Below, in pieces: positions 1 to 9,680 of a stretch of DNA of 33,034 nucleotides. The stretch's first letter is position 1; each line of letters starts with the position of its first letter. Under the pieces are notes generated by a model. It did not search any database and was not told the DNA's origin. It worked only from the letters and a program-made list of their open reading frames with translations. Position numbers and translations under genes: made by a program. Source of the DNA: Raillietiella orientalis (lineage: Eukaryota); contig JAYWIR010000196.1 of the NCBI GenBank assembly GCA_036172245.1, positions 1 through 33,034 on the forward strand, written 5' to 3'.

Positions 1-30
1 CAGAAAGCATTCGACACCCTGGAGCACGCA
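1..30 (+). mobile_element. Fragment of a LINE reverse transcriptase (KAFD motif), cut by window edge and by copy A
   Basis: Frame 1 reads QKAFDTLEH, matching the D-x-x-KAFD-x-V/L-x-H motif of non-LTR RTs. Only about 9 codons are visible. Confidence 0.45.
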
Positions 31-39
31 AGGCGTTCG

Positions 40-1335
40 ATTTTCACCCGGATTTCGCCGGGGCGTTTATTATAAAATAAACATTTACAAAGACGTGCAG
101 TGGCTGGACCATTGCTCCAGCCACGCACGAAGAAACACAGAGCCTGCCGGGTCACCGGTTCGCAGACCGGTACGGTCCACCACGGCAGCAGGTTGAACGG
201 GGAAAAACAAAAAACAAAACAGAAAGAAAAGAAAAAACTGGGAGGGTACGGGAAGGGATCACAGTTGCTGGTGGGGCCGTTGCATCCTTTGCAGGATGCC
301 GGCAAGCTCCTTCTGTATTCCTGGATCCAGGTGGGGCCATCGGGACGCCCTCCTCAGGAACTGGGAGGCTGGCTGGATGGCACCCTGGTCGTGTGGTCCT
401 CCCGTAGCCTTGCTCCAGGCGGCGACGATCCCGCGAAGGCAGCACAGGGCTGCTAACGAGGCCGCTGGCCGAAGGGCGTCGGCAACGAAGAGGGCTTTCA
501 GTACGTCCCTGGGGTTGCCGCAGGGGATTTCGATGGCCGCGGCAAAGCGGAAACAAAGGGGCCGAAGGGCAACACAATCCACTAGCAGGTGAAGGAGGGA
601 CTCCCGTTCCCCACACCTGACGCAATTGGGGTCCACCGCTCCCCAGGTCCAGTGGTGTCGGCGGGCGTTGCAGGGGAGTCCCCAGTGCTGCAACAGGAAT
701 GCCGACTCCTGCCATTTGAAGGGGAGGGTGAAAGTGTTTATGAGCACCGGGGGCCACTTCAGATGTTCAATGGGAACATGGAGAAGCGCGCCCCAGCGTA
801 GAAGTCCATTGGGAGGCGTACTCGGGGTCGCAGCGTCTGTTAACTAACCCGTCTTCTACTCTCCTATCTTCTTCTCCCTTCCGTAGATTCTTACTGTAAC
901 CTCCCACTTCGCCGCAACATCGCTGTCCAGATCTTCCATCAGGGAGGGCAGCGCAGCAGCGAGGCAGGTTCTTCCTGCCCACGCTCTCTTCTTTGGATCC
1001 TCCAGGATCTCGCGGAGCGTGCAACTTCTGTAACCCCCAAACAGGAACCTTCGTTCTTGTTGGGGGCGTTGCATGCCGAACTGTCCCCACGTTCGAACGG
1101 TTTCCTGCAACCAGGCACTACCGTGCAAAGGGCGACGGGTGAGCAATCCTGGGTTTTTCCGTGGCAGCGCAGCCACCCTCCGTAGCTGGAGTCCGCATCG
1201 GTTGACGCGGCGACGGAGTGCAAGAAACGACGTCAGTCCCGTCTTGCCGGTGGCTTGCTGGAGAAGGAGACGTGCAGGGACGCACCAACAGGTGCACCAC
1301 AACTCTGGAAGAAGTGCCGACATTCAGAACCAAGG
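40..1335 (-). mobile_element. L1/Tx1-like LINE copy A: 5'-truncated, post-RT region, CCHC zinc finger and 3' UTR
   Basis: ORFs 856..1323 and 259..747 align with the post-RT part of ORF 1218..2561 and with ORF 29643..30872 (e.g. WCVPARLLL vs WCTPARLLA). Finger CVRCGERESLLHLLVDC. U-rich 3' UTR with AATAAA at 66-71 (minus strand). Confidence 0.85.
47..124 (-). other. LINE 3'-terminal structure of copy A (hairpin, AATAAA, CCCGG hairpin)
   Basis: Inverted repeat gtggctgga 100-108 / tccagccac 116-124; tttatt 66-71; cccgg 47-51 / ccggg 58-62. Confidence 0.7.
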
Positions 1336-2561
1336 TAGACCAGGAACTACTCTTGGAGCTCCTGGGTCGCATGGGCTTCCCACCCTCCCTGATTTCCTCC
1401 CTGCGCTCTTGCTGGCGGAATGCGATAATTACCGTCTCTTTCAGCGGTCAGAAGGTGTATGGCGTGCCGGTGCGGCGGGGCATAAGGCAAGGAGATAGCC
1501 TCAGCCCCCTGCTCTTCAGCACCTACTTTGGGTTGGTGCTGAGAGCGTACAGGGTGACTCTGGCCCCCTTGCCGAGCTCGTGTCCCGGCACGCCCACCGT
1601 AGCAGCGTACGCCGACGATCTTCTGCTCTTGTTGCCAATGTCCACCTTGGCAAAGGCGGTCGGAGACTTATTCGATCTGCTCAGCCGCGGGACCGGACTG
1701 CAGGTTAACAGGGCGAAGTCGTCGGTGGTGCCAATAGGTGCGGCGTGGGCAGGGCAGCAGGACTGGGTCCGTCTGGGGATCTCCACGGCGAGGTGCTTTA
1801 AGTACCTTGGTGTGCCGTTGGGGGACTACTCCACTGCGGAAGCGTGGTCCAGCTGCCTTCAGAAAGTCGAGACGGCGATCGGCCCGTTTCTCGAAGGCAA
1901 GTTTCACTTGCCGGAACGGGCCGCGGTTTGGAACGCCTTCGCGGCCTCCATCCTCCGCCCCTTGCTTTTTGTTTTCTTCCCCACCGTGGAATCCAAGAAG
2001 AGGACGAAGGACCTCCTCCGTATCGCCCTTTGGGGCAAGGGGAGGCCCCGAGTCCCTCTGAAGCACTTGTGCGCTCCGCGTCGGGACGGCGGTCTTGGCC
2101 TCCTGACGCTGGAGCGCGTGAAGAAGCAGCTGCGGTGTCTAACTCTCGCCATCGCAGCGAAGATGTGGAGCACCCCTTGGTGCACTCCGGCCCGCCTTCT
2201 GGCCAGCCGTGTGTCCCGGTTCGATGGACTCGCATCTTTTCTTCTGAGCCCTGGCCGGATTATGCGAAGATGCGGCCTACTGCTCGGGCGCATGGCGACA
2301 TTGGCCAAGGAGAACAGCTGGATTGTTTGCTGCCCCGCCAACTCCCCCGCCTGGCTGGAGGAGAATATTGGAACGTGGGCAGTGGTTAACCAGAGAAGCC
2401 ACGAGACGTGGAATCGTCTCCGATGGGGCCCCTACGCCCGCTGCACGCTGCGGAATCCCCTGGAGAGTCCAGCAAGATGCACGTGGGCAGAGACGACCTG
2501 CCTAGCTACGGCGTCGCCCTTCCTGAGGAGGGCACTTCACAGCAGCCGGACGCCAAGGTGA
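1332..2561 (+). pseudogene. Non-LTR retrotransposon ORF2 remnant (reverse transcriptase domain)
   Basis: RT-homologous part of ORF 1218..2561 starts at KVDQELL. The upstream codons are antisense of copy A. No endonuclease domain; premature stop. Confidence 0.9.
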
Positions 2562-2710
2562 CAAGTCTCCTGCTGCATCGAGGGACGGGAGAAGTTGATA
2601 AGCGGCTGGACAACAGGAGAACTGACAGACGCCACGACCCCGAGCATCCAGCCGCGAGGATTATTAAGATGGGGCGAGCTGCTCGCCATCCCCAGGGATG
2701 AGCTGAAGTG
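1332..2710 (+). mobile_element. L1/Tx1-like LINE copy B: RT core and post-RT region, truncated at both ends
   Basis: RT motifs GIRQGDSLSPLLF, YADD (1608-1619), GLQVNRAKS, FKYLGVPL, PRRDGGLG. Homology continues past the in-frame TGA at 2559-2561 (…PRGLLRWGELL…) to about 2710. Confidence 0.92.
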
Positions 2711-3005
2711 GCCCCCGGTGATGAAGGAATCCAGGATGCTGCCCTGACCTTTTGCCAGTCCGGTTCTTCTCCTTCCGCCCCGGTTGCCTGCGTTTTCGCA
2801 GACGGGGTGTTCGGCACGGCCTTTTCGGCTGGCTCCGGGTCAACCTGTTTTTCGGACGTTGGCCAGGGCTTGCCAGGCTTCTTTTTATTCGCGTTCGTGC
2901 CACTCGTGGCAGCAGCCAGCGCGCGCGGATTCTTTTTCGGGCACATTTCTTCTGTGTGCCCGGTTGCCTCGCACTTGCGGCAGGTGATGTTTGGGCAACG
3001 TTTCT
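2710..3005 (-). mobile_element. Inverted LINE ORF1 C-terminal fragment with CCHC zinc knuckle
   Basis: ORF 2506..3036 contains KKRCPNITCRKCEATGHTEEMCPKK, matching RKRCPNTERYLCGEKGHVRRVCSRR in ORF1 at 31652..32110, followed by a low-complexity tail. Confidence 0.8.
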
Positions 3006-3009
3006 TCAC

Positions 3010-4061
3010 GGCAGGGATCGTTGCATGCCTGGGCAAAGCAACAGGATGTTTCGCTCTTGGAACTGTGTGGCGCCAACCTCTCCCCGTACTGCACGGTGGA
3101 TGAGGTCTGCAACAGCCAGAAGAAGTGGACTCGCCTGGCCGTCACGCCCCTCGCCGACGTGCTGTCAGCCCTCAGGGCAAGAGATGACAGCTGCGAAGCG
3201 GCGAGATGGGAGGTCGCCTGCACCATCGCAGGAGGAACACCACCCATAGGAGGCTGGAGGACTTGCGAGATGGCAGACGCCGCCACGCCTCGCATCATCC
3301 TGAAGGGACTCCTTCGGCGGAGTGAACATTTGAGTGTGCCCCTCGAAGAACTTGTGGTCCCTACCTTGTGTCTGAACACTTCTGTGTTCCCTCTGAACTG
3401 GGAACAGGACGTCATCATGCTGGTGCATTGGGGTTTTCACTCCAAGCAGCGGATGAAACGTGTTTCCTGGGGAGTTGTCTCCCGAACTGCAAAAGGTGCA
3501 GGGAAGTGGAAACGCTCCCGCACCTGATCCTGGACTGCAACGTCCTCCAAGGACTCTGGTGGAGGCTGGCCTTAGCTCTCCTGCACCAGAAGGACTCCGC
3601 GAGAGACTTGATGCGCCGCTTCTTCACGCCAAGCGGTCTGTCCTTGGGTGCTGTAATCGCAACGGTCTGTTGCACCCGCGCCATCCACAAGGCCCACCGA
3701 TAGCTGGAGAAGCTGGCGATTCGTCGTCAGGCCACCGGAATAGGCGGCGTGAAGATGGCGTCAGCTGCCGAGTGGGCCCATCTGCCAGACGACGCTAGTA
3801 GAGAGATCGCCAGCATCCATCACCGGTTCTGGAAGGAAGGAACGGCCTTACCAAAGAGCCCTGTCCCCTACTCTCCATATCTTTATTTTTATTTTTGTAC
3901 AAGTGTATTTGTGGTCCCCTCCCTAGCGTTCCGGACTTTCCGTATGCCAACTTGCGTATCGGGGATCGCACCCCCGTCGTGTCTTCTATGTCCTTTGTCC
4001 GGGAACTCTGTTCCTGGATAGTTTAGTAATAAACACCCGGAGCACCCGGGAGAGAAACAGC
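3010..4061 (+). mobile_element. L1/Tx1-like LINE copy C: 5'-truncated C-terminal region and 3' UTR
   Basis: ORFs 2991..3527, 3368..3703 and 3749..4021 join by one frameshift and one stop into a homologue of ORF 29643..30872 (ARWEV, KGLLR, HWGF, CKRCREVETLPHLILDC, VCCTRAI). AATAAA at 4028-4033. Confidence 0.88.
3998..4061 (+). other. LINE 3'-terminal structure of copy C
   Basis: tccgggaac 3998-4006 / gttcctgga 4010-4018 (9 bp, one G-U); AATAAA 4028-4033; cccgg 4036-4040 / ccggg 4046-4050; aaacagc 4055-4061. Confidence 0.7.
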
Positions 4062-4329
4062 TCAGTGGAGTTAGCACTCTACCGTGGTTCTCGCAATTTG
4101 CCAACATTTTGTGGCAAAGATGCTGTTTCTTTGCTGCAAAACGTCTTGCTGCGTTGAAAATGCTTGAACACGGAAAACTTCATTCGCGATCGTCATCTCT
4201 CACTCCTGTCTCTGTGGCGATAAACGAAATTGGCGTTAATAAGAAAATTTGATCGTCTACCTATTTATCTATTTCTTACTTATGAAATTTTTATTGAAGG
4301 CTTAAAAAAATTAAAGTAATGAATGTGCC

Positions 4330-5460
4330 TCCTTAGCTTCGATTCTCCATACGGATGTGTTCCCACATATTCATTTCAAAAGGCTGATTCCTTCTTCTTT
4401 CCTCAGCTAACAGCTCCAATGGGTGAGGGTGGCCTGTTCTTCCCTACAATATTGCAATTCTTCAGCTGCAGCATTCCGCTTGCAATTCTCTGTTCAAACC
4501 AGCAAACCAGGCATTTTTTGAGGAAGGCCTTATAGAATAAGGAGGCAGCTTCAGACCTATCTGTGAATTAAGGATTCAACAGTGCCAGTGAGAGATGTTC
4601 CGACAGTAAAAGATGCTTATATCAGATGGAGCAGAGAAATCTCAAAATGAACAAGTCGTGCAATTGCTTTCTAGCAACTTCATTCAAATGTCACAGCTCA
4701 GCTTCACTTTGCTTTTTGACAGCTGTGGTATCAGCAAAACTGAAACAACATTTTCTGTATCCAAACTCCCAGAAAGCCAAAATTTCATCCTTTTTGATAC
4801 TTTCAGATCCTACCAAAAGGTGGCTTTGGCACGATAGCTTTCATCACAGTTAAACATCTGGAAAATGATTTCTGTGACGAGGTTTATCAAAAAGATCCCT
4901 ATGGTGCTGTGTAGGAAAGGATTCACATGAAATACTTTGCCTGCTGGACCTGGAGAAGGAAAGCACAGACAGTCCACAAGCAGGTAAGGAAAAAGAAACA
5001 CTCTCCTGCACCTGCTTGTGGAGTATGATGCCATCCGTTCTCTGTGGAAACCTCTTCTCGACGGATCTCCATATACCTGCTAGTAACCACAACGCATTTG
5101 TGGAAGCTCTCTTTCTGTGTAACACACTGGAAGCAGCTGCATAGCCTGGAGCTTTCTGCCAACTGAGGAGGATGCTGGCAGCAGGAAATGCCTGCAGCAG
5201 AAAACAAGATAAGGGTGCCATCTGCTTAGCGAATGACTTTGCAAGGATCGTAGTGAGATGGACCCTTCTGGAAAGTGCAAACCTAACCTCCCAGCATCCT
5301 CCGGAAGATGAATGCGACACTGCAAAACACACTTTGATCCGTTTCCGACCATCCACGACTACGGTTTGATGGTCTTTGACATGCATGATATGCAGCAGGT
5401 CACTCGCCACCTGGCTGGCACTGAGTTGTTCTTTGTTTTCCTGAGAGAGAAAAGCACTGA
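4330..5460 (-). pseudogene. Degenerate intron-containing gene, KDZ/Zisupton-type transposase-like remnant
   Basis: Several GT-AG intron-like segments. An exon near 4950-4815 reads STIGIFLI..(RH)..IIFQMFNCDESYR, resembling the KDZ GIF-x3-CxHG…ES-x-R motif, and a later LSCDI resembles YDIxC. Similar NPF…GIFL text at about 17430-17350. Confidence 0.4.
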
Positions 5461-5519
5461 GGAAGGGGAGGAGATACAAGCCCACGGGTAGCTTTTGAAC
5501 CTTAATTCCCTTTTATTTC

Positions 5520-6120
5520 TTATCCCTCATTCCTCATGGCTCCGAATCTAATTCGAAGTGCCACGCGGAATAAAAGTTCAGCACGTGGTTCGCCAAATAC
5601 TAACTTAAACAACATCAGCCTGGAGGCTCAAGGAGTCTTCAGCGCTGTCAACGTCCTCCGAGGTGCGTGCTCACACTTCAAGCTAGAGGTTCACGCCGGA
5701 GGGAGCACCTTGAGGATCTAGGAAGCCTCCGGCGGAAGAAATCCGTTTCTGTTACGCTAACGAAAGAACTGCGAAGTGAACCTTGAGCTCGTTGCCACCG
5801 AGGGAACTCCGAAGAACACCTCTTCCTCCTTCCCTCCGGAGGGACCCCACCAGTAGACCGCTCCTGGAATTCCTTCTCCGGACCGAACCAGAAAGGGAAC
5901 AGCCCCTTCTTTCCTCCTCTGAAGAGAACTCCGCAGAGAGCAGTGCGCTTCTTGAACACTGGAGAGGCAACGCCCGCAAGGGAATGAACCAGTTCCATGG
6001 TCCGCGAAGGAAGCCCTCCGAGGATGAAGGACGGCTCCATTCTGACAACCGGAGAGGAACCCTGGAAGGAGCCTTGGTTCCTAAAGGGTCACCAAAGGCT
6101 CCACCCGGCTCTCTCAATTC
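5520..6120 (-). mobile_element. Fragment of a second repeat family (LINE-like post-RT region)
   Basis: Aligns with 14045-14600 in two frames: GGLPSRTM..SPVFKKRTA vs GDLPSRTV..SPEYKNRAA, and RNGFLPPEAS*ILKVLP vs RNGSLFQGSSWIHKVYP. Confidence 0.6.
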
Positions 6121-6289
6121 CGGCCTGTCGACGTGGGTATCCAGTTTTTACCAGCATGCACCAGTGCCTCACCCGATTATGGACCGACTATCGTCATCTT
6201 GCGGAAGAATCTCGAACACAGGACGCATCCGTTTCTCGGCATCGATCCGCAACGCAGGGATTCGAATTCGCAACGCTCGAAACCACGCG

Positions 6290-6796
6290 CGGTGTTTGCA
6301 GCCACGCGGTCGCCAATGCGGGCGTGTGGCTGCACACGGCCCGCACTCGGATTACAGACACCTCCACTTCCGGTGTTCCGTCTGAAGGGGGCGGGCGCTC
6401 TTCTCGGGGCGCGGCACGCGAGGGCGTGTTCTCTTAGCTCAGGAATGAGGCCGCAACCGGAAATGGCAAACGGAGTGACCGGATCGGTTTCTCCGTGGAC
6501 GGTCATCCGTTTGCTCCGGGGCGTTCGTTTCTGCGCCAGCCCGGTGAGCAGCCGCACACAACCGCAGAACACCACGGAAACGCGAAACTGTGCACCACTT
6601 TGGAGTGACGGACCCTCCGGAGCGCGGCTCGGCCGCGCCGCCGACTACAGAACGAAACGCCCCTTCCGTTTCCGGGAGCGCGCGAAGAAGGACGCGTTTC
6701 ATTGGTTCTCCGCTTCCGCGGAGCTCTCTGCCTGCCGCACGCCCACATTACTGCTGCACGCGTTGAAGAGTTGTGTGTTGCGCTTCCCTCGTGGTG
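6290..6796 (+). promoter_or_regulatory. Putative CpG-rich, structured 5' UTR / internal promoter of copy E
   Basis: CpG-rich. ETS-like cacttccgg 6365-6373 and accggaaatg 6456-6465, GC-box-like ggggcggg near 6388, inverted CCAAT (attgg) 6701-6705, and several strong inverted repeats. Confidence 0.4.
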
Positions 6797-7495
6797 ATGG
6801 CTTCCTCCAGGAAAGGAACGGACAGGCAAGGTGCTGTGCCGGACCCGTCCACGGTGGCCGAACGCAGTGAACCAGCCTCTCCATCGGCGGGGTCATTAGC
6901 GGAAGTGGATGCAGCTGCCGGAGGCCTCGCACCAGTGCCCGACAGAGCGGAGCAGCAGGCGTACGTAGCCTACGATTACAAGCTTGCGCTCTCTTACAAG
7001 GTGAGTAACGTGTGGTCGAAGCGCCTCTGCCGAGAGATGGGAGAGGAGCTGAAGCGTTTGGGAGTGAAGTCAGATGACCTCCTCGCCCTCATGCCACTCG
7101 CATACAAAAAGTGCTGGGAGTTAGACTGCAAGGATGCGGCCATGGTGCAGCGCCTTCTCCGCACGCCGGTGCGCATCGACGGCAAACAAGTCCTCCCCCA
7201 CGTAGGGAACCAATCTTTCGTGGTCCACCTGAGTGGCCGAAATCGCTGATGACCAAGTCGTGGAGGCTCTGGGAGAGTTCGCCACCGTCCACGCGCTGTG
7301 GAGGGACGTGAAGCCCTGCAAACGTGTCGACTTCGTCCGCTGCGGAATGGCCTCGGCGCGCATCACACCGAAGGACACAAAGTCCATCCTCTCCGTGCAG
7401 AGAGTGCACGGCACGGACGTCCGCATGTGGCACCGCAGGAAGAAAAAGAATCAGGTGCCGTAACTGCGGAAGACGGGGACACCCACTCTGCCTCC
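6797..7495 (+). pseudogene. LINE ORF1 (gag-like nucleic-acid-binding protein), frameshifted
   Basis: ORFs 6773..7249 and 7233..7463 align with ORF1 at 31253-32110 (VVHLSG/MVHLTG; VHALW in both). Knuckle CRNCGRRGH at about 7457-7483. Confidence 0.8.
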
Positions 7496-8744
7496 TGGAG
7501 ACGCCGGTCGGCCCGTTTCCGGGAGGCAGGGAACGGGCCGCGGCGTGAAGCACTTTCTTTGCCCCCGTTTTCCGGCCTCTGCTCTTCGTTTGCTTACCCC
7601 TCACGGATGTGTGAGAGAGGACAGGGGTCCTACTTCGGACCTCCCTTCGTGGCAAACAGGGAGTTCCCGTGTCCGGTCCGAGTACGCATGCCTTCCGCGG
7701 CCGTACGGAGGAAAGGGCTTGCTGACGCTGGAGCAGCGGCTTCAGTCCAGGGAACCGGACTGACCTTTAGGCCTGTCCCTGCACGTGTGCTCCTTGATGC
7801 AGCGAATGGCTTAGTAGGGCTGCTTCAGCTCCAGCACCGGAAGATGACCACCTGCGGCATCCCACTGAGGCTAGCGACTGCGCAGGAGATGGCCAGCATC
7901 CGTGGATCTCCTGACGCCCGATAACCAGAAGGTGCACCTTTTCCATCTGTGAAGTGAAATCTTCTGCGAGAGCTCGGGTAGCAGGAAATCTCCAGTTCGC
8001 TAGCTTGCTGGACGGTCCGTCAGCTCGGTGATGCTGTAGCGATTGTGACCCCGCTCAGAGGACTCCTTCCCCGGGAAGAATGCTTCGGCATCCCACTGGA
8101 AGGGTGAAAGGTGCACGAAGGTGGTCGCGAAGAACTCGGTCCCCTTCCTCATCCTAGATGGCAGAAGTCGGCTCCTGCTGGTGTCTCGATGCAACACAAG
8201 CCACTACCACCGGAAGAAGAGGTGGATCGGTGCCGCCAGGCGCGGGGAACAATTGACCTGCCCCCAGCTGCTACGGACACATGTTTCCTTTAGCACATTC
8301 CGGGAAGGTTACACCGCTTCCCTTCCCATCCAGTTGGGACGACCCCAGAGTCGTTCTCTTCGTCCAGGGTTCCACCTCGCCCGCAGCCACAGTCTCACCT
8401 CCGTGCTGCGTGCGCGCCTTCGACGCTGCCAGTGGGTGCAAAAGCGGAACGACAGGGGTGCCACCCGGTTCCCGCGGATAGCGCCAAGTCTGTCACACCT
8501 AGGAAGCCATCTGCAGTCCGCAGGCATTGAGACATGCAGGTGACCCAGCGTCGTGATTTCTTACCTACTCTCCTGATTTAAAAACAATTCCTTCCCTCCC
8601 TCCCCCCTCCCCTTCCCGTTTGCTATATTGACTCCATCGATATCACCTTCGATCAGGATTGTTTGACCCGGAGGGACACCACCTTCCACCAGCCCTTCTC
8701 TGTCGGTTGTTCAATAAGGAAACGCCTTGACTGAAGGTTTTTTC

Positions 8745-8990
8745 TACAGTCATGCCTGCAGGATGAGGCCAAGCTGGAGATCGCTGGTACTTGGTCAGAA
8801 GTGTTCCATCGAAAGACCCTTAATATCACCCCTTCTTTACTTATTTTTTGTATCCTCCTCTCCCGCTTTGGATATCCCGTGAGTATATCAATGAGCTCTC
8901 CTATTGAACTTCTTTTTTTTGGTGTTGTTTTCCTTTTTGCTCTGGACGCTGGGTTTCCGGGTCGTTTATTTTTTCCTTCTAAATAAGCCT
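8745..8990 (+). mobile_element. Short 3'-terminal LINE fragment (copy F)
   Basis: CLQDEAKLEIAGTW resembles HLPDDASREIASIH of copy C. Followed by a U-rich UTR, a hairpin (tctgga…tccggg) and AATAAG. Confidence 0.5.
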
Positions 8991-9240
8991 TATGGCGTGA
9001 TCGGATGGCAAAGTTAGTCGGAGGGCTTTTATATCTCTCATTACCTGGAGGAGGTCAGATTCCACGTTCGTCGTCCGAATCCTAGGGCTTCTGGAAGCGC
9101 ACAGTCGGAGGTTGCTGCACCTCTGGCTTTTTGGATGCGAGAATACTGGTGACCCGAGCATAGTGAGCCGTAAGGTTTGCCTGAGGGAAGGGTGCAAACC
9201 AAACTAATTGAGAGGACAAGTCGAGCGAGAGTCTTTCCAC
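8990..9240 (-). mobile_element. Possible APE-endonuclease C-terminal remnant
   Basis: ORF 8979..9197 has …HP…ASRSPRI…LPSDHAI, resembling the SRID…SDH end of LINE APE domains. Weak. Confidence 0.3.
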
Positions 9241-9249
9241 TTGATCAGT

Positions 9250-9680
9250 GTAAAAGATGAACGATATGGCACGATAAAGGTGAAAAGTCTACCAGCGTCT
9301 GTGACCACCACGCAAAATGCAAGACCATGCGACGGCCTCTAGGCTGCTGGGCAGTTTTCTGCGGCAGTGGTGACCCAATTGTGCGGCAACTAGAACTCAA
9401 CTCAAAGAATGATCGAGAATTCTTCCCTTCCGTCTGAGAATCCGCGAAACTCCTGGGAATGTTCTCATGAAAATGGAGCTGGCATACCCACGTTACGAGG
9501 TGTTGCATCCTGTGGTAGATATTGTGTTGATGGGTGGAAATCTCGTGTGTGCCTTTCAAGGAACTGTTCGTTCCTCCTCCGTGCTTTTCTCAACAGCGTG
9601 GTGCTCCTCTCGACTAGGATGCCGCGAATGCTCGCAATGTGCCAAGAGGGGTGGCATTTCACATAAGACTTCGAGGTAAG
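9250..9680 (+). pseudogene. Degenerate exon-like segment, possibly KDZ-transposase-related
   Basis: RNSWE…VASCGRYCVDG resembles the CxxCG…VDG start of KDZ domains. Ends at a GTAAG donor near 9676. Confidence 0.25.

Larger units (their letters stand above)
6150..8730 (+). mobile_element. L1/Tx1-like LINE copy E: 5' UTR, ORF1, large internal deletion (EN and most of RT), degenerate 3' half
   Basis: ORF1 from ATG 6797. At about 7495 the sequence jumps to the RT thumb region (LETPVGPF…ERAA, RPLLFV, LPRPYGGKGLLTLEQ, matching copy B), then CCVRAF near 8405, a pyrimidine-rich UTR and AATAA near 8713. The 5' boundary is approximate. Confidence 0.8.

Noticed and set aside
1218..2561. YADD RT as a retron, group II intron or DGR RT
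   Set aside because: The QGDSLSP, PxxxGGLG and downstream CCHC finger, the gag-like ORF1, AATAAA-bearing 3' ends and the spliced host gene all indicate eukaryotic non-LTR elements.
40..4061. Segmental duplication of the A/B block as the G/D block
   Set aside because: Breakpoints within RT differ, and the post-RT parts of B and D belong to different subfamilies.
4850..5485. 211-aa minus-strand ORF as a real protein
   Set aside because: It reads through apparent introns, and the motif-bearing frame is a different one.
8950..8975. Minus-strand AATAAAcgaCCCGG as a fourth full LINE 3' end
   Set aside because: The closing CCGGG arm is missing, and the flanking U-rich UTR and peptide homology indicate a plus-strand fragment.
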